DNA of 64,000 nucleotides from a bacterium. GTDB lineage: Bacteria > UBA8248. The notes beneath the pieces are model-generated. The model made no database searches. It was not told the DNA's origin and saw only the letters and a program-made list of their open reading frames with translations. The DNA lies in assembly GCA_965219955.1 (NCBI GenBank), contig OZ244799.1:3072001-3136000 (forward strand), given 5' to 3'. Positions 8,111-17,350 of the stretch are shown piece after piece (the first letter of the stretch is position 1; every line of letters begins with the position of its first letter). The translations under genes were made by a program, and so were the position numbers.

Positions 8111-9883
8111 TCAACCCCCTCCGCCGCGCACCGCTCCCGAAACTTCCACGCGAACCGTCACGATGTCCGTGTCGTGGTATTGCTGGTGGCGAACCGAAGA
8201 CGCGAGGTGGCGCAGCAGTCTGAGCGAGACTTCGCGCTCAATCGGCGCGCCGGCGGTCTGCTCGCCGAGCAGCGCGATTTTATCCTGGAGGTTCTCCTCG
8301 CCGCCCGCGGCGACGAACTCCATCACCGCGCCGCCGTCTTCCTTGTGCGCCACCACGAGGAGGCGCCTCCGCTCGCGGCTCTCGTCGGCTTCATCCGGGC
8401 GCAGGAGCGTCAGCAGCGTCTCCTCGCCCGCGGCGTCCAGGCGATGCGCCATCGCCTCATCCCATCCGCTGGCCGAGGCGAACTCGCCGAGAAACTCCCT
8501 GATCTTCGGCAAAGCGGAGATGTCGAACGCCGCCTCCATCCGGCTGCGGCGCGGTTCGGTGAATTCGACGAACAGGGTCATGATCATGGCGACGAGGCCG
8601 CCGGCCGTCATTCCGTTGTTCAGCAGGCCGCCCGCGAAGGTGGAGAAGTATTCGGGATAGATGACGCCGTTCTGGAAGCCCACGCCCGCCCAGAAGGCGA
8701 TGCCCGCCACCAGGCCCTTTCGGTAGTCGATGCCGTCCTGAATGACCATCCGCATGCCGACAATGAAGAGCATCGCCAGCAATACGGTCATGTAGGCCGC
8801 GGCGACCGGACCCGGTATCGCCAGCACCACGGCGACGAACTTGGGCAGAAACGCCAGGGAGAGGAACACCAGCCCGGCGGCGACTCCGACGCTGCGCGCG
8901 CCGACGCCGGTGAGTTCGGTGACGGAAACGCTCGTCGAATAGGTCGTGTTCGGCACCGTCGCCAAAAGGCCGGAGAGCAGGTTGCCCACCCCGTCGGCGG
9001 CCACGGCGCCCTGCACCGCCTTGAAATCCACCGCCCGGGGCCGCCGCCAGGATACGCGCTGGATGGCGGCGCCGTCGCCCACGGTCTCGATGGCGCCGAT
9101 CAGGGTCACGAAAATGAATCCCGGCAGAAGCGTCCAGAACACCGGCCCGAAGCTCAAGTCCAGGCCGGGCCACGCGCCCTGGGGAAGGCCGACCCAGGCG
9201 GCCTCCGCGACGCGGGCCGTGTCGTAGATGCCGAACCACCCGCCGACGATCGATCCGGCGACCACGCCGATCACCGGCGCCCAGAGGCGCAGCGCCCCCG
9301 CCGCCTTCAGCGCGATGCCGAGGATGACGGCTACGGTCGCCAGCGCGCTCAGCGGAGCGGCGAGCGGCGGGCTGCCCTTCGGCACGTCATCGAGCATGCC
9401 GAAGATGATGGGCATCACCGTCACCGCTATCAGCATGATGACGGTTCCCGCCACGGTCGGCGTCAGCACCCGCCGGAACAGGGAGAGCCGCTCGGAAAGC
9501 ACGAACTGAAACAGCGAGGAGGCGAGAACCAGCGTGGCGAGCATCCCCGGCCCTCCCTTGGCGAGCGCCGCGATGCAGACGGCGATGAAGGCGCCCGAGG
9601 TGCCCATGATGAGCACGTAGCCCGCGCCGAAGCGGCCGATCCGGCGAGCCTGGAGCATCGTGGTCGCGCCGCAGATCGCCAACGCGGCGAACACCGCCCA
9701 CGAGAGATAGTCCGCGGTTCCGCCGGCGGCGCGCACCACGATCGCGGGCGCGAACACGATGCCGCCCGCACACAGGGCGGCGAGCTGCAAGCCCAGGCCG
9801 AACGCGAGCAGGGGCGGCGGCTTCTCGTCGGCTTCGTAGCGTACGTCGGTGTTCGTGTGCTGGTCGGAATTCTCGGCGTTCAA
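8111..9883 (-). CDS. NCS2 (xanthine/uracil permease) family protein fused to a C-terminal degenerate RsbW-like domain
   Basis: YEADEKPP..GLQ, TPTVAG, IETVGD, ADGVGN, PNTTYS..LTG, FLPK; about 145-aa soluble tail aligns by eye with RsbW 4233..4652; TTG start after GGAAGG inferred. Confidence 0.85.
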   Translation of the reverse strand: MNAENSDQHTNTDVRYEADEKPPPLLAFGLGLQLAALCAGGIVFAPAIVVRAAGGTADYLSWAVFAALAICGATTMLQARRIGRFGAGYVLIMGTSGAFIAVCIAALAKGGPGMLATLVLASSLFQFVLSERLSLFRRVLTPTVAGTVIMLIAVTVMPIIFGMLDDVPKGSPPLAAPLSALATVAVILGIALKAAGALRLWAPVIGVVAGSIVGGWFGIYDTARVAEAAWVGLPQGAWPGLDLSFGPVFWTLLPGFIFVTLIGAIETVGDGAAIQRVSWRRPRAVDFKAVQGAVAADGVGNLLSGLLATVPNTTYSTSVSVTELTGVGARSVGVAAGLVFLSLAFLPKFVAVVLAIPGPVAAAYMTVLLAMLFIVGMRMVIQDGIDYRKGLVAGIAFWAGVGFQNGVIYPEYFSTFAGGLLNNGMTAGGLVAMIMTLFVEFTEPRRSRMEAAFDISALPKIREFLGEFASASGWDEAMAHRLDAAGEETLLTLLRPDEADESRERRRLLVVAHKEDGGAVMEFVAAGGEENLQDKIALLGEQTAGAPIEREVSLRLLRHLASSVRHQQYHDTDIVTVRVEVSGAVRGGGG

Positions 9884-10107
9884 TATCGCATCCTTCCCGG
9901 CTGGAAAACGGGTCTGTGGTGGGGCGGAAACCTGCGTCCGGTGCCCTCGCAACGGAGCGGTAAGTTTCTCACACCTCTTCCGGCCCCTCAAGAAAAAAGC
10001 CCGGCGCAAACCGTGGACGGGCGAAAATCGGCGATAGGGTGAGATGCCGGGGAGTTTCGGAAGAGGATCACTTTTTGTATTTTTTCCGGCGAAAAGTTGC
10101 ATTTTTG

Positions 10108-10135
10108 TTGACGAAGCGGCTTCGGTACATATATT
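10108..10135 (+). promoter_or_regulatory. Candidate sigma70 promoter for the RiPP precursor
   Basis: TTGACG-16 bp-TATATT with the palindrome GAAGC-G-GCTTC overlapping the spacer. Confidence 0.35.
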
Positions 10136-10284
10136 TTGGGAAGTTGTTTCTTTTGCCTGAACGGAAAATCGGCAACGCAGCCACGCTCACCCCGACGCCG
10201 GGGCATGGAGCCACGGCCAGGGAAAGAACGGAACACTGCCTGCTTCCGGGCGGGCCCGGCTCATCACCTGGAGAACTCGAAGCA

Positions 10285-10572
10285 GTGAAAACCGTAGAGG
10301 AAATACGCGAAGATATTATCAGAAAAGCAAGCGAGAACGAGGCATTCCGCGCCGAATTGCTGGCCGACCCCAAGGACGCCATCGAAAAGGAACTGGGGGT
10401 CACCATTCCCGAGGGGTTCAAGATCGGCGTTCACGAAGACAACATCATGAGCATCAACCTGGTGTTGCCTCCGGCCGAGTTGAGCGAGGCGGACCTGAGC
10501 GCCGTCGTGGCCGGCTCGCAGTCGTGGCAAGACTTCGCCAACGCCTGGAACAGCTTGAACCAGAACTCCTGA
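10285..10572 (+). CDS. NHLP (nitrile hydratase-like leader) RiPP precursor, 95 aa
   Basis: IIRKASENEAFRAELLADPKDAIEKELG..VHED..LVLPP..ELSEADLSAVVAG leader; core SQSWQDFANAWNSLNQNS; GTG start after GGAG. Confidence 0.88.
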   Translation: MKTVEEIREDIIRKASENEAFRAELLADPKDAIEKELGVTIPEGFKIGVHEDNIMSINLVLPPAELSEADLSAVVAGSQSWQDFANAWNSLNQNS

Positions 10573-10769
10573 TGCGGTATACTGAAAAAGTTCCATAATC
10601 TACTTGACAGGTTTGCCGAAACGCCCCGGGGAGAGGGTTGGTTAAGGATGCCGTATTGTGGGTTCGATCGGCTCTGTGGCCCGCTTCGCTGAAGAGAGGC
10701 CGGGGAGCCGGACCCGGTCATCACCGCCTTCCCCCCCAATGTCTGTATCCCGTTCAGGAACAGGGTTCG

Positions 10770-11867
10770 ATGATGTCTGAGAATTTCCGGGACGTCTTTC
10801 CAAGGTTGCGCCGCTTCGTTCCACCGGCCCTGCTCGATGGCCCGTGGTGGGAGCGCCTGGTGGATCGCGTCGGGGAGCTCCCGAGCTGGCTGACCCTGAA
10901 TTACGCGGCCTTCGAGTTCCGGCTGGGAGACGCTGCGCCCGCCGCCGACTATTTCGTATCGGTTACGCCTGATCGCCCGTCCATGGAGTATTACGTTCGC
11001 CTGGGCGAGGATGCAAAGCCCGACTCCCCGGAGGCGGCCCTCGGCCGGGTCTACTCCCTCATGAACGGGGCGGGTCCCCCTTCCGAACCCTCTCTCGCCG
11101 GCTGGTTCAGGGCGTCGATGCTCGAGTACGACATCGCGGAGGTCCCCTCGAACCTGAACCCGGCTCCGGGCGTGTTCCTGGCGCTCAAGCCTCAATCCGA
11201 ACTGAATGAAGAGGTCGCGGGCTCAAGAACGCCCCGCCGCCTGGCCGCCACCATCGCGAGCGCCGCGGGGTGGGAGGAAGACGAGGAGGAGCGCCTCGCC
11301 GTGGAGCGGACCTTCGCCGCCCTGCCCCGCACCGGCGTGGTGGACCAGATCGGCGCCGTGCCCGAGCGCGGGCCGCGATCCATCCGCCTGATCGTGGACG
11401 GGTTGAAACTGCGCAACGTGCCCGCGTTCCTGAAGCGGCTGAAATGGGACGGCTCCACCCGGAAAGTGATGGACACGCTGGAGGAGATGCGCGACATGAC
11501 GCCCGTCTTCCGGCTGGCGCTGGACGTCGCGGCGAACGGCGTGGGGCCGCGCCTGGGTCTGGAGATGTACAGGCCGAGGAAACCCTCGAACCTCGACTAC
11601 TGGCTGACGTCGGGGCGCAACGCCTGGCGTCCCGTCGTGGACTACCTCGAGCAGATGGAATGGTGCCTGCCGGAGAAAGGAGACGGCCTCCGCGCCTTCC
11701 CGGGAATCGAGCGGCTCTTCGAGGAAAAGGGCATGTCCATCCTCTACAAGGGAATCAACCACTTCAAGCTGTCCATCGAGGGCGACGCCGTGGAAGCCAA
11801 GGCCTACGCCGCCCTCGCCTACTTCCGTCTCTACGCCGATTCCGAGGGGGAGGCGGGGGCTCTTTAA
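10770..11867 (+). CDS. Putative RiPP-modifying enzyme, probably ABBA-barrel peptide prenyltransferase-like
   Basis: Motif series AFEFRLG..LEYD..PGVF..IRL..LDV..GPRLGLE..CLPEK..INHFKL..EAKAY matches a family I recall beside NHLP/Nif11 precursors; function is inferred. Confidence 0.6.
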   Translation: MMSENFRDVFPRLRRFVPPALLDGPWWERLVDRVGELPSWLTLNYAAFEFRLGDAAPAADYFVSVTPDRPSMEYYVRLGEDAKPDSPEAALGRVYSLMNGAGPPSEPSLAGWFRASMLEYDIAEVPSNLNPAPGVFLALKPQSELNEEVAGSRTPRRLAATIASAAGWEEDEEERLAVERTFAALPRTGVVDQIGAVPERGPRSIRLIVDGLKLRNVPAFLKRLKWDGSTRKVMDTLEEMRDMTPVFRLALDVAANGVGPRLGLEMYRPRKPSNLDYWLTSGRNAWRPVVDYLEQMEWCLPEKGDGLRAFPGIERLFEEKGMSILYKGINHFKLSIEGDAVEAKAYAALAYFRLYADSEGEAGAL

Positions 11868-12081
11868 GCTGAACCGGACAGAAAAAGAAACCGACCGAAA
11901 TCGACAAGACCTGGCACGGGTGCTAACGTAGCGCGAATTTTTTGAAATATCACGAGGTTTGAGGACCCAACACCCGTGGATTATCTGCGCCCTGTTTTTG
12001 CGTCTCTGTACGCCCTTTTTCAACCCGTTGTTTCTCCTACGAGCGATCCCGAACGACTCACGCAAGTTTTTTGCGGGCTAA

Positions 12082-13696
12082 CAGCCTGTCGGGCTTTGGC
12101 CTGCCAAGGAGTTCGAAGCACCAATCGTGGGAGTGATTTTCGGGGTTCTTCTCGGTAATCGATTCTTGTTGGCCGGCGATTCGGTGTCAGGAGCCATGAT
12201 CGGCCCTCACAGGCCCGGTGGGAGTCATAGCGGCCGGCAACAGGCCACGGGACGAGGGCGTTTATCCTCCGATCACGCCGACTTCAGGTTGTGCAGACGC
12301 TTGCAGTTATAAGCCAGCATCACCAGGACCCACTCGCCCTGCACCTTCTCGAGACCGCGCAAGAGGAACTGCCGGAAGCCCATCGCCTGCTTGACGATGC
12401 CGAACACCGGCTCCACCGTCTGCCGCCGCAGGCGATAACGGGCGCGCTCTTCCGGCTTCGCCATCTTCGCGCGCATCGCCGCAATCCACTCCGCTCGAAC
12501 TTCCGGACCTGGCCGGGAAGCCACCGGTGGCCGGAAGTCGTGCCGACGGCGCCCCCCTTCGGCTTGCGTGGCCACCAGAACCTCGACGCCCCGTCTCTCG
12601 AGTTCTTCCACTTCGCTGCCCGTCGCGTAGCCGCTGTCCGCCAACACACGCGCCGGCGCGGCAACCGAAGGCGGAATCGCCTCCACGTCCGCCACCAGTT
12701 CCCCGCGGTCGCTCGCGTTGTTGCTCACACGCGCTCCCAGCACCAACTGGCTGCCTTCGGCATCCACCACCGCCTGCGCGTTGTACGCCTGGCGATACTC
12801 GTGACGCTTGCTCTTGCGCATCAAGGCGCTGTCCCCATCCGTCAGGTTGATCTGCCGCCCCTCTTCGGGCTTCTCCCGAGGGGGCTTGATGCGCGGACCC
12901 TTCCTCCGACCTGAACGGCGCTCCCGAGACGCCGCCTTGCGTTCATATTCCGCCCGACCCGCCTCGGCCGACCTCTTCGCGCGGCGCTCCAGTTCCGCGC
13001 ACGCCGCATCCAGCTTCGACTTCAACTCCTCGCGACGCGCCAACTCCTCCGGCAGCGCCTGCGGATCCCCTACCTCCTGCGCATCTTCGCTCTCCGCACG
13101 CTCCAGCAACTCCTCGACCTCTCCGCGCAATTGAGAGCCCAACGCCTGCGCACGGTCATACCGGACGTTGTTGTGCTTGCTCGCGTTCGCGTCCACCTTC
13201 GTCCCGTCCACGCTCACCGTCCCGACCCGCAACAACTTCAACTCCTTCGCCAGCAGCAAAACCTGCTCGAACGTCTCCGCTATCGCCTCGAAGTTATCGC
13301 GACGGAACGCGCAGATCGTGTCGTGGTCCGGGTGTGTGTTCGACGCCACGTATCGAACCCCGATATCCCGGTACGTCGCGCGCTCGATCCGGCGCGAACC
13401 GAATATCCCGTTCGCGTAGCAGTAAATCAGCAGCGCCAGCATCATCCGGGGATGGTACTGCGCTGAACCCGTGCCGCGCTCGTTCACGCGGAATGACCCC
13501 AGAGGCACCCGTTCCACCGCCTCCACTACGAAGTGCGCCAGATCGTCCTCCGGCAACCACTCCCGCATGTCCACAGGAAGAAGATACAACTGCGACTGAT
13601 TACAATCTACAAACTTCGCCACCCCAATCCCCTCCCTTAAAAATACCTCGCGAGAACGACATATTATAAAAGGTAGGGCCTAAGTCCGACAGGCTG
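12082..13696 (-). mobile_element. IS1182-family insertion sequence, about 1.6 kb, apparently intact
   Basis: TIRs CAGCCTGTCGGGCTTTGGCC and CAGCCTGTCGGACTTAGGCC (reverse complement at right end); CTAA direct repeats at 12078-12081 and 13697-13700. Confidence 0.9.
12273..13622 (-). CDS. IS1182-family DDE transposase
   Basis: LLPVDMREWLPEDDLAHF, YHPRMML, PDHDTI, VDGTKV, YNAQ, LADSGY, VEPVFG..K. Confidence 0.93.
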   Translation of the reverse strand: MAKFVDCNQSQLYLLPVDMREWLPEDDLAHFVVEAVERVPLGSFRVNERGTGSAQYHPRMMLALLIYCYANGIFGSRRIERATYRDIGVRYVASNTHPDHDTICAFRRDNFEAIAETFEQVLLLAKELKLLRVGTVSVDGTKVDANASKHNNVRYDRAQALGSQLRGEVEELLERAESEDAQEVGDPQALPEELARREELKSKLDAACAELERRAKRSAEAGRAEYERKAASRERRSGRRKGPRIKPPREKPEEGRQINLTDGDSALMRKSKRHEYRQAYNAQAVVDAEGSQLVLGARVSNNASDRGELVADVEAIPPSVAAPARVLADSGYATGSEVEELERRGVEVLVATQAEGGRRRHDFRPPVASRPGPEVRAEWIAAMRAKMAKPEERARYRLRRQTVEPVFGIVKQAMGFRQFLLRGLEKVQGEWVLVMLAYNCKRLHNLKSA

Positions 13697-13893
13697 CTAA
13701 TATTCTCAAGTTTTGTAATCTGCCTCGTCTTCTACTTCTGGAAAAGAAACTTTCCCAGATTTTCACAATCCACAACTCCTGCTCTCGGAAACCTCGGAAC
13801 ATTCATCGGGATCGCTCTCGGCCTGAAAACGGCGTTTCTGACTTCTGGCGCAGGCATAACCAATCCCTTGACGCCGGGAAAGAACCCCGGCCC

Positions 13894-16788
13894 GTGAATG
13901 CCTCAGAAACTGAAGTCCGCATCAGAGTCGAACGAAGCGGGCTGGCGTCGTTCCTGTTCGCAGTCTTGCGTCCACGAGACGCCAGGGTTGCTTTCGTGAG
14001 CGCGAATTCCCTGAGACTAATGCACGGGTCCCGATACACGGAAATCCCTATTGGGGACATCGTGTCGGCCAAAGTCGAAACCGGGCTACGCTGGTCCGGG
14101 ATACGCTTTCATCATGCTAAAGGGTGCGCAACCGTGTCGGGGCTATCGCGGGACGACGCTTGGGCGTTCGCCGAAGTGTTGGAAACCAACAGGGTCTACT
14201 GGTGGCGCCGAGTGCTCGCGGCAGAGATCGCAGCTCTCCATTCGTTAGATGAGCGTCTGCTGCAACTTGTAAGTCCGCCAGAGTACATAGCGCGCAGCGT
14301 CTTCCGTAAACTGAGGGGCGATGCAAAGAAGGCGGTGGAACAGTTCTTGGAGCGCTGGCCGAAGGCACTGTCTAATACTCCAGAAATTCGACTGTTGAAA
14401 AGGGTACAGGATTTTCTGGAAGACCCAGAGCGTATACGGGAGAAAGCGAACAGGGCTTTCGTCGAAAATGAAATGTTCCGGTTGCGGGAGTTTTTCGACC
14501 GGATTGAAGCCAGACCGCTTACCGAGGAACAACGCCGGGCGGTCGTCATAGATGATGACCGGAACCTGGTGATCGCCGCTGCCGGCAGCGGCAAGACCTC
14601 GGTGATCGTCGCCAAGACCGGCTTGCTTCTCTATAGAGGCGACCGCCGCCCGTCGGAACTGCTGCTCCTGGCATTTGCGAAAGACGCCCAGAACGAGATG
14701 GAAGAACGGGTCCGCAAGCGTATCGGCAACGAAGCGGCGGACGGCATGACCGTCAGGACGTTCCACAGCTTGGGCATGGCGATTATCGGCGAAGCCGAAG
14801 GCAGGCGTCCGGGACTGGCCAAGACGGCTGAAGACCCAAAGGCGCTGCTCGACCTGCTCAAGAGCATCATCACCGAGCTGGCTGAAGAGCGAAAGTTCTT
14901 GGGAGCTTTGCTGAAGTGGTTTCAGTCTCAGTTCGCGCCTTACAGGAGTGAGCACGAATTCCAGAGTTATGGTGACTACTGGGACTATATCCGGCAACAT
15001 GATATCCGCTCGCTAAAAGGCGAGAAAGTACGGAGTTACGAGGAATGTGAGATTGCCAACTTCCTCTATCTGAACGGCGTTCCCTACGAGTACGAACGTG
15101 ACTATGAGCACGAAACGGCTACGCCGGAAAAGGGGCCATACAGGCCGGATTTCTATCTGACCGAAGCCGGTATCTATATTGAGCATTTCGGGCTCGACAT
15201 TGAGGGAAAGACCGCTCCGTTCGTTCCGCAGAAAGAATATCTCGAGTCGATGGCGTGGAAGCGCGGACTCCACTCCCAATGCGGCACCACCCTGATCGAG
15301 ACTTTCAGCTACGAGCGCGCCGCCGGAAGGTTGACCGAGAACCTAGCCGGGAGACTGCGTGCTTACGGCGTATCCCTATCTCCCATTCCCAATGATGAGG
15401 TCTTCGCCATATTGAATCGGCAGGGACAGGTTGACCCGTTTATTAGCCTTCTGGCGACCTTTCTCAAACACTTCAAGGGAACGCGGCTGAGTTTCCGTGA
15501 GGTTGCCCGGCGGGCCGCCAACCATCGGGACCGCCTGCGGGCCGAAGCCTTCCTCACCCTGTTCCGGCCAGTCTTCGAGCGCTACGAGGAAAAGCTCTCC
15601 CAATCGGGAGAGATCGATTTCCACGACATGATCGACAGGGCGACGGGCCATGTCGAGGCCGGACGCTACCGCAGCCCCTTCGGCTATATCCTGGTCGATG
15701 AGTTCCAGGACATTTCACCGGACAGGGCAAGGTTGTTGAAAGCGCTGCTGGAGAAGTCGCCAAGCGCGCGGCTGTTCGCCGTCGGGGACGACTGGCAGGC
15801 GATATACCGTTTCGCAGGATCGGACATCGGCATCATGCGGGAGTTTACGGAGCATTTCGGCGGCTACGATCGCATCCCTCTGGAGACGACCTTCCGCTGC
15901 GCGGACCGCATTGCCTCTGTCGCTACCCAATTCGTCCTGCGCAACCCTGCGCAGATATCGAAGAGGGTTGGTTCAGTACACCGGGCGGACAGGCCGCGCG
16001 TCCATGTTGGTCTCCCCGGCGAGCAAGAACTCCCTCTGTTGAATGAGGCGCTAGACAAGATCACAGAGGATGCCGCAAAGTTTGAGGGGAGATCGAGCGT
16101 GCTATTATTGGGCCGGTACAGGCACACGCGGCCGCAGAACATGTCCGCTCTGGCAAGGAATTATCCCGGGCTCGGGATATCCTACAAGACCGTGCACAGA
16201 TCCAAGGGGCTCGAAGCGGATTATGTCGTGGTTCTCGACCTGTGTTCCGGAAAATATGGTTTTCCCACCGAAATCGACGACGACCCGCTGCTCGACCTAG
16301 TCCTCTCTGTGCCCGAAGAGTACCCGAACGCAGAGGAGCGGCGCCTGTTTTACGTCGCCATCACCCGTGCCAGACGCCGCGTCTTCCTGCTTGCCGAGAG
16401 CGGTCCTCCTTCTCCCTTTGACATAGAACTGTTCGACGGGGAATACGACATCACCGTCTTTGGCTGGTTGCCGGATGGCGACGTCCCCTGCCCGGTATGC
16501 GTTAAGGGACACCTCAGGCAACGCGAAAACAAGCGGAACGGCGGCATCTTCTACGGCTGCTCGAACTACCCCTATTGTGAGCATACACAGCGGCCCTGCC
16601 CGGTTTGCAGGAAGGGATTGCCGGTCAAGGAGGAAGAAGCCTTCCGCTGCCGAGAGTGCGGCGAGTTGATCGAGACCTGCCCCAAATGCGGCGGCTGGCT
16701 GCAGGAAAGAGTCAGTAAATACGGCCCTTTTCTGGGATGCTCGAATTATCCCAAGTGCAAATACACTCGCGACGATACGAAAGAATAA
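13894..16788 (+). CDS. helD: DNA helicase IV-like SF1 (UvrD family) helicase with PD-(D/E)xK-like insert and C-terminal topoisomerase-type C4 Zn ribbons
   Basis: AAAGSGKT, LVDEFQD, VGDDWQAIYRF, HRSKGLE, EERRLFYVAITRAR; FYGCSNYP and FLGCSNYPKC ribbons. Confidence 0.85.
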   Translation: MNASETEVRIRVERSGLASFLFAVLRPRDARVAFVSANSLRLMHGSRYTEIPIGDIVSAKVETGLRWSGIRFHHAKGCATVSGLSRDDAWAFAEVLETNRVYWWRRVLAAEIAALHSLDERLLQLVSPPEYIARSVFRKLRGDAKKAVEQFLERWPKALSNTPEIRLLKRVQDFLEDPERIREKANRAFVENEMFRLREFFDRIEARPLTEEQRRAVVIDDDRNLVIAAAGSGKTSVIVAKTGLLLYRGDRRPSELLLLAFAKDAQNEMEERVRKRIGNEAADGMTVRTFHSLGMAIIGEAEGRRPGLAKTAEDPKALLDLLKSIITELAEERKFLGALLKWFQSQFAPYRSEHEFQSYGDYWDYIRQHDIRSLKGEKVRSYEECEIANFLYLNGVPYEYERDYEHETATPEKGPYRPDFYLTEAGIYIEHFGLDIEGKTAPFVPQKEYLESMAWKRGLHSQCGTTLIETFSYERAAGRLTENLAGRLRAYGVSLSPIPNDEVFAILNRQGQVDPFISLLATFLKHFKGTRLSFREVARRAANHRDRLRAEAFLTLFRPVFERYEEKLSQSGEIDFHDMIDRATGHVEAGRYRSPFGYILVDEFQDISPDRARLLKALLEKSPSARLFAVGDDWQAIYRFAGSDIGIMREFTEHFGGYDRIPLETTFRCADRIASVATQFVLRNPAQISKRVGSVHRADRPRVHVGLPGEQELPLLNEALDKITEDAAKFEGRSSVLLLGRYRHTRPQNMSALARNYPGLGISYKTVHRSKGLEADYVVVLDLCSGKYGFPTEIDDDPLLDLVLSVPEEYPNAEERRLFYVAITRARRRVFLLAESGPPSPFDIELFDGEYDITVFGWLPDGDVPCPVCVKGHLRQRENKRNGGIFYGCSNYPYCEHTQRPCPVCRKGLPVKEEEAFRCRECGELIETCPKCGGWLQERVSKYGPFLGCSNYPKCKYTRDDTKE

Positions 16789-17019
16789 TCGCACAACAAG
16801 ATGTCGGCTTGGGCAACCGACTCGTCGACGGCTTCACCGGCAAATATGCGCAGAGAGTTTGGAAACTGGAAAAGGAGACACGGTTCAGACTAATTCCATC
16901 CTCATTTCGTGCATTAACTCACCCCAAGCCTCCTTTACCGTCACCCTCCCCGCTGAAGCTCATAAAGGCCACACAGGCTTCCGAAACGGGAGAAGAAACC
17001 ATCCGGCACAGAAGAGTGT

Positions 17020-17048
17020 TTGACAAGTGTCGATTGACGCATTACATT
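17020..17048 (+). promoter_or_regulatory. sigma70 promoter of higBA with operator-like palindrome
   Basis: TTGACA-17 bp-TACATT; GTC-GATT-GAC in the spacer; ATG begins 7 nt after the -10 box. Confidence 0.65.
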
Positions 17049-17054
17049 GCGCGA

Positions 17055-17333
17055 ATGATAATGAGTTTTCGGCACCGTGGCCTCAGACGCTTATATCAAC
17101 GCGGCGACCCCAGCCGCATCCATCCCGACTTGCAGGAGCGGGTGGAGGTGATTCTGGCTCAACTCGATGTCGCCACGTCGCCGGAGGCGATGCGCATGCC
17201 CCACTACAGGCTCCACCGACTCAAAGGCGAATTGCGAGGCTATTGGTCGGTCACAGTGAACTCCAACTGGCGCATCATCTTCCGCTTCGAGGGTGAGGAT
17301 GCGTATGACGTCGAACTCACCGACTATCACTGA
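17055..17333 (+). CDS. higB: HigB toxin (RelE/ParE superfamily)
   Basis: [39 protein letters not shown]. Confidence 0.92.
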   Translation: MIMSFRHRGLRRLYQRGDPSRIHPDLQERVEVILAQLDVATSPEAMRMPHYRLHRLKGELRGYWSVTVNSNWRIIFRFEGEDAYDVELTDYH

Positions 17334-17350
17334 ATGAGGGAGGACCCATC

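Noticed and set aside
10516-10569. Core as a lanthipeptide, azole or radical-SAM cyclophane (WxD/WxS) substrate
   Set aside because: No Cys in the core and no LanM, YcaO or radical SAM gene in the window; modification in trans cannot be excluded
10575-10769. Riboswitch or ncRNA between the precursor and the enzyme gene
   Set aside because: No recognisable conserved motif or convincing structure by eye
12050-13780. A gene interrupted by the IS1182
   Set aside because: Rejoining the flanks gives only a roughly 32-codon minus-strand ORF with no recognisable similarity
16737-17054. N-terminal extension of HigB in the 198-aa ORF
   Set aside because: Similarity starts at 17055 and a promoter lies within the extension
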